64,000 bases of DNA from Patescibacteria group bacterium UBA3291 (GTDB lineage Bacteria > Patescibacteriota > Gracilibacteria > Absconditabacterales > Absconditicoccaceae). The position numbers and the translations under genes were made by a program. The notes under the pieces were generated by a model that was given only the letters and a program-made list of their open reading frames with translations, searched no databases and had not been told where the DNA came from. Below are positions 60,563 through 64,000 of the stretch, one piece after another. Numbering within the stretch: the stretch's first letter is position 1; each line of letters begins with the position of its first letter. Location of the stretch: positions 960 through 64,959 of the forward strand of contig DETJ01000039.1 of assembly GCA_002361595.1 (NCBI GenBank), in the 5' to 3' direction.

Positions 60563-63526
60563 ATGGAAAGATTCATCGATGTTTTTGGATTGAAAAAAAG
60601 TAAAAAGTTGCCTGATGATGAATTATATGTAATGCTAATGCTTCAGAGAGCAAGCGAAGGAAGCGAGCCAGCAAAGGCAGACTGTGAAGATCCAATGATC
60701 AAAGCAGCATGTCTATTAGACTCAGACAAATGTCCAGCTGAATGTAAAGGTTCAGATGAAAAAGAAGACAACACAGTTGTTAAATCTGGAGACTTAGCTG
60801 TAACAGCTAAAGCTGCTGAAGGTAGAAAAGCTCTAATCGGATGAGTATCTGACTTAGACACTATCACTTTCAAGACATCTGAAGATGTAACTATATCTAG
60901 CATTACTCTTGAGAGATATGGATACTCTACAATTGATGATGTTGAAACAGTTCAATTAGAAGATGAAGATGGAAACATCATAGCTGATGCTAAAGAACCT
61001 AATTCTAAAGGTCAAGTTAAATTGACTCTTAAGAAAGATTACAAGACAGTTGATGGAACTTTCAAAGCAACTGTTGTTGTAAAAGTTAGAGAATTAGGAA
61101 AAGATATATCAGCAGAAACTGGAAATCCAGATGCTTATGCAGATGATGTTAATCCTAATGGTGCAAATACATATGCTGGATTAAAGAATGGATCAACATT
61201 AGGATTCAAAGTTATAGCTGCTGAATCTACAGCTAAAAACTTAAATCTTGATGATTACTCTCCATACACTTACGATTTAGTTAACTATGCTGGATCTAAA
61301 GTTCAATTCTCTACTAGAAACTCTGCAGAAAAAACTTATAATTTTGAAGCAGGAAAACTTTACGAAGTAGTTAAATTTAGAGTAAAAGCTCCTAGTGATG
61401 CTGCTATCTTGATTAAAGGATTTACTTTAACTGAAGATGACAACAACCTTGAAGCTGATAAATACGCTAAAGAAGTAACAGTTACAGTTAATGGAAAAGA
61501 AGTTAAAGGATTAAAATGGAATATTAACAAAGATGATGAATTAGTTGTTTCTTTCGATGAAATAGAAGTTGCTGGAAAAGAAACTGCTACAATAGCTGTT
61601 AATATGTCATTCAACGAAGAATTCGATAATTTCGGAAAAGCTTCTACATATTACATCAGCAAGCTTTCTAATTTTAATGCAATTGACAAAAAAACTGAAT
61701 CAAGAGTTTCTCAAGCTGATGGTTATACTATTGAAGGTATTCAAAAGCACGCAGCAAACTGATGGACTACATATATCTTCAATGGAGGAAAAATTAAAAT
61801 TGCTGGAACTAAATTAGGAACTGTTAATGCTGCTGCTGGTGCTTCTAATGTAAAAGTAGCTGAAGGTAATATTACAATTACAGAACCTCTTAGAGGATCT
61901 GCTCGAGTTAAAGTTAAGAGTAACGCAGCTGCTATAGATGAAATCAGATTAGTAATCGATGGTGAAGAATATGATGGATCTAAAGGAGCAGATGGTGTAT
62001 ATACTTTCAAATGACTTGAAATCGAAAAGTCAGGAAAAGTTGAATTAAGAGTTGATGTTAAATCTGAAGTTGATGGAGAACCTGCTGAATGAACAATAGA
62101 ATTCGCAGCTTCATTAAATAGTAACTCATTCTTCCCTGCAAATGCAACTGAAGCACAACTTGCTGATCGTGATAACAGTTTATTAAAATATGACGAATCA
62201 GGTAAGAAAGTTGCATATGATGAAGTATCTGGATCTCTTAGTATATCTAGCATAAAGATCCAAGCTGCTAGAGCTTCTCTTGATAACAAGAACACTAAAG
62301 AAGTTGAACTTGTTAAAGATGAAAACAACAGAAAAATTATTTTCGAAGGTACTTATACTGCAAAGAAAGGTGCTGTAACTCTTAAAAACTTTGTTATTAC
62401 AAAGGCTAGCGGTACAGCTGTTGATGGAAAACCTACATTCTATGTAACTATTGATAAAGAAGAATACGATGCTAACTGGAGTGTAAATGATGCTGAAGCA
62501 AAATGAGATATCGATGATATCGAAGTTGCTGATGGAAAATCAGTAAGTGTAGTAGTTGAAATTGAAGCTACTCCAACTGAAGGTAGTGCTGTATATAATA
62601 TCGAATTGTCATGAGAAGATGAAGACAACAATCCAGCTGGAAAAGCAGATGAAGATACAGCAAAAGTTAAAGTTGTAGAGCAAGGAACTCTTGAAATAAC
62701 AGATGCATCTGCTAAAAAGACAGTTCTTCTTAAATCTGACAGAACAGTTGCTAAATTCAGAATTAAACCATCTAAATCTGGAGGTGATGATATAATTCTT
62801 AAGAGTATGTGATTCACTTTAACAGATGAAGAAGGTGGTGATGGAACATGGGGAGATCTTTATAATAATTTGAAAGTTGATATAGATGGTGATACTTACA
62901 CAAAAGGTGGTCAACTAGAGATTGAAGAATCTAATCTAACTAACGGAGAAGCTATGATTAAACCAGATGTAAAAGTTCCTTCTGCATGATTAGTAGTAAC
63001 AGTTACTCTTAAATCTGAATTAGAAGTAACTAATGAAACTCCAGATGAAACATTCAAGAGATATTTCACTCTTGAAGAAGTTAACACAAATACTAATGTT
63101 GCAACAACATTCAGTAAATATTGGGTACCTGCTATTATAAAGAATCTTAAACAAGAAAAGAGTGGAGATACTACTAGATACACATTTGATATGGAAAATG
63201 ATGGATCTGATTCAGTATCTAACATGAAGTTCTATACTAATATTGAAAATGATGCTGATAAATGTGTTCCTACTGAAACTTTAGCAGAATCAAATACAAT
63301 AGAAGGAGCAGATGCTACTACACATTGTAACATAGTTTCACATAAAGACTCTGTATCATCTACTGATAACAAGATGTCTGCTATAAATGGAAATAAAGCT
63401 ACAAGTGTTGTTGCTATCTCTTATGAAGTTGGAGATCAAACAGTTATTATTAAGAAATCTGAATTCGAAGACTTCTTCGATTTAGGAAAAGATGACTTAA
63501 TGGTTTACTCTAATAGTAACAACTAG
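60563..63526 (+). CDS. Putative S-layer or other abundant surface protein
   Basis: 987 codons in one frame (track ORFs 60542, 61022 and 63191 agree). It shows strong codon bias, a beta-rich K/E/T/V/A/N composition, few TGA codons, a long upstream leader and a strong terminator. No classical signal peptide is visible. An alternative TTG start lies at 60542. Confidence 0.5.
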
Positions 63527-63546
63527 TCTATCTCTTAGACATAAAA

Positions 63547-63579
63547 AGGTCCTATCCCTCGTGGATAGGCCTTTTTTTA
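63547..63579 (+). terminator. Rho-independent terminator of the S-layer-like gene
   Basis: Stem AGGTCCTATCC/GGATAGGCCT followed by T7. Confidence 0.8.
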
Positions 63580-63626
63580 ATTTATACCCCAGGGTCTTAT
63601 CGTCTGATTGTCTGTCAATTTTTTAT

Positions 63627-63654
63627 TTGACAATCAGAAATAGATTCGTATATT
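63627..63654 (+). promoter_or_regulatory. Sigma70-like promoter of the transposase gene, embedded in a hairpin
   Basis: TTGACA, a 16-nt spacer, then TATATT. The -35 box is part of the inverted repeat TCTGATTGTC...GACAATCAGA (63603..63639). Confidence 0.5.
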
Positions 63655-63688
63655 ATAGTTGTTTTTATTTATGACCCCGGGGTCCATT

Positions 63689-64000
63689 ATGCCAAGAAGA
63701 GAAGAATTCGAAGAAAATCAGTACTATCATGTATATAATAGATGATTGAATAAACAGAAATTATTTTTTTGTCGAAAAGATTTTGAAAGATTTTTACGAT
63801 ATATCACCCAGCAACAAGAAATATATAAAGACAAGGTATCTATAATATCATATTCAGTTTTACCTAACCATTTTCACTTTGTTATTTTGAATAAAGAAAC
63901 AGGTTTTGCTTTATCTGAATTTATATGAAAAATAACATCCAGTTATGGTAAATATATTTGAGCTAAATATTGAATGCAATGAAACTGAAAACTCTTTGAA
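63689..64000 (+). mobile_element. REP-associated tyrosine transposase (RAYT; IS200/IS605 TnpA-like Y1 family); 3' end off window
   Basis: MPRREEFEENQYYHVYNRGLNKQKLFF...DFERFLRYI...ISYSVLPNHFHFVIL...SEFIGKITSSYGKYI. The HUH motif is HFH. It is preceded by the perfect palindrome GACCCCGGGGTC (63673..63684) and a related ACCCCAGGGT at 63586..63595. Confidence 0.75.

Noticed and set aside
61360-63225. Long minus-strand ORFs (61360..61614, 61741..62328 at 195 aa, 62440..62817, 62911..63225).
   Set aside because: They are antisense to the strongly codon-biased S-layer-like gene. Their products are low-complexity Ser/Leu/Ala-rich with no motifs. The sense frame is continuous for 987 codons.
1-64000. 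Apparent massive pseudogenisation: nearly all genes are broken into short ORFs in the supplied six-frame track.
   Set aside because: The breaks are almost exclusively TGA and sit on conserved Gly positions. Reading TGA as Gly restores full-length proteins in every family examined, so this is recoding, not decay.

Overview
AT-rich, gene-dense bacterial segment. With the standard code it shatters into short ORFs, so it must be read with a non-standard code. In-frame TGA sits at invariant glycine positions in every recognisable family, which is translation table 25 (Absconditabacteria/SR1 and Gracilibacteria, candidate phyla radiation). In-frame CGA, and probably CGG, also falls where tryptophan is expected. 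Retranslated this way, the window holds about 45 genes. There are housekeeping genes (def, rnc, a RumA-type methyltransferase, mtnN, trxA, mscL, MscS) and two tRNAs (Ser-UGA, Cys-GCA). There are many envelope genes: a LysM/CHAP hydrolase, an LCP-family protein, FemAB, two VanY, two FKBP, the prepilin peptidase pilD and several lipoproteins. A 1165-aa VirD4/TraG-like ATPase carries internal tandem repeats. A GC-rich thyA is the only long gene readable in the standard code. The dominant feature is one continuous 22.3-kb gene (34361..56668, about 7435 aa). It encodes a giant surface protein built from dozens of Listeria-Bacteroides-type repeats, with two Fibrobacter-type paralogous domains, two copies of an unassigned insert module and an SLH-like C-terminus. 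Next to it lie csaB, a GT2 glycosyltransferase, two Wzx-type flippases and a codon-biased S-layer-like gene. REP-like palindromic elements occur between genes and also inside the giant gene. A REP-associated tyrosine transposase starts at the right edge. No rRNA, CRISPR array or integrase was seen. All coordinates were derived by hand; homology calls rest on motif recognition, not on searches.
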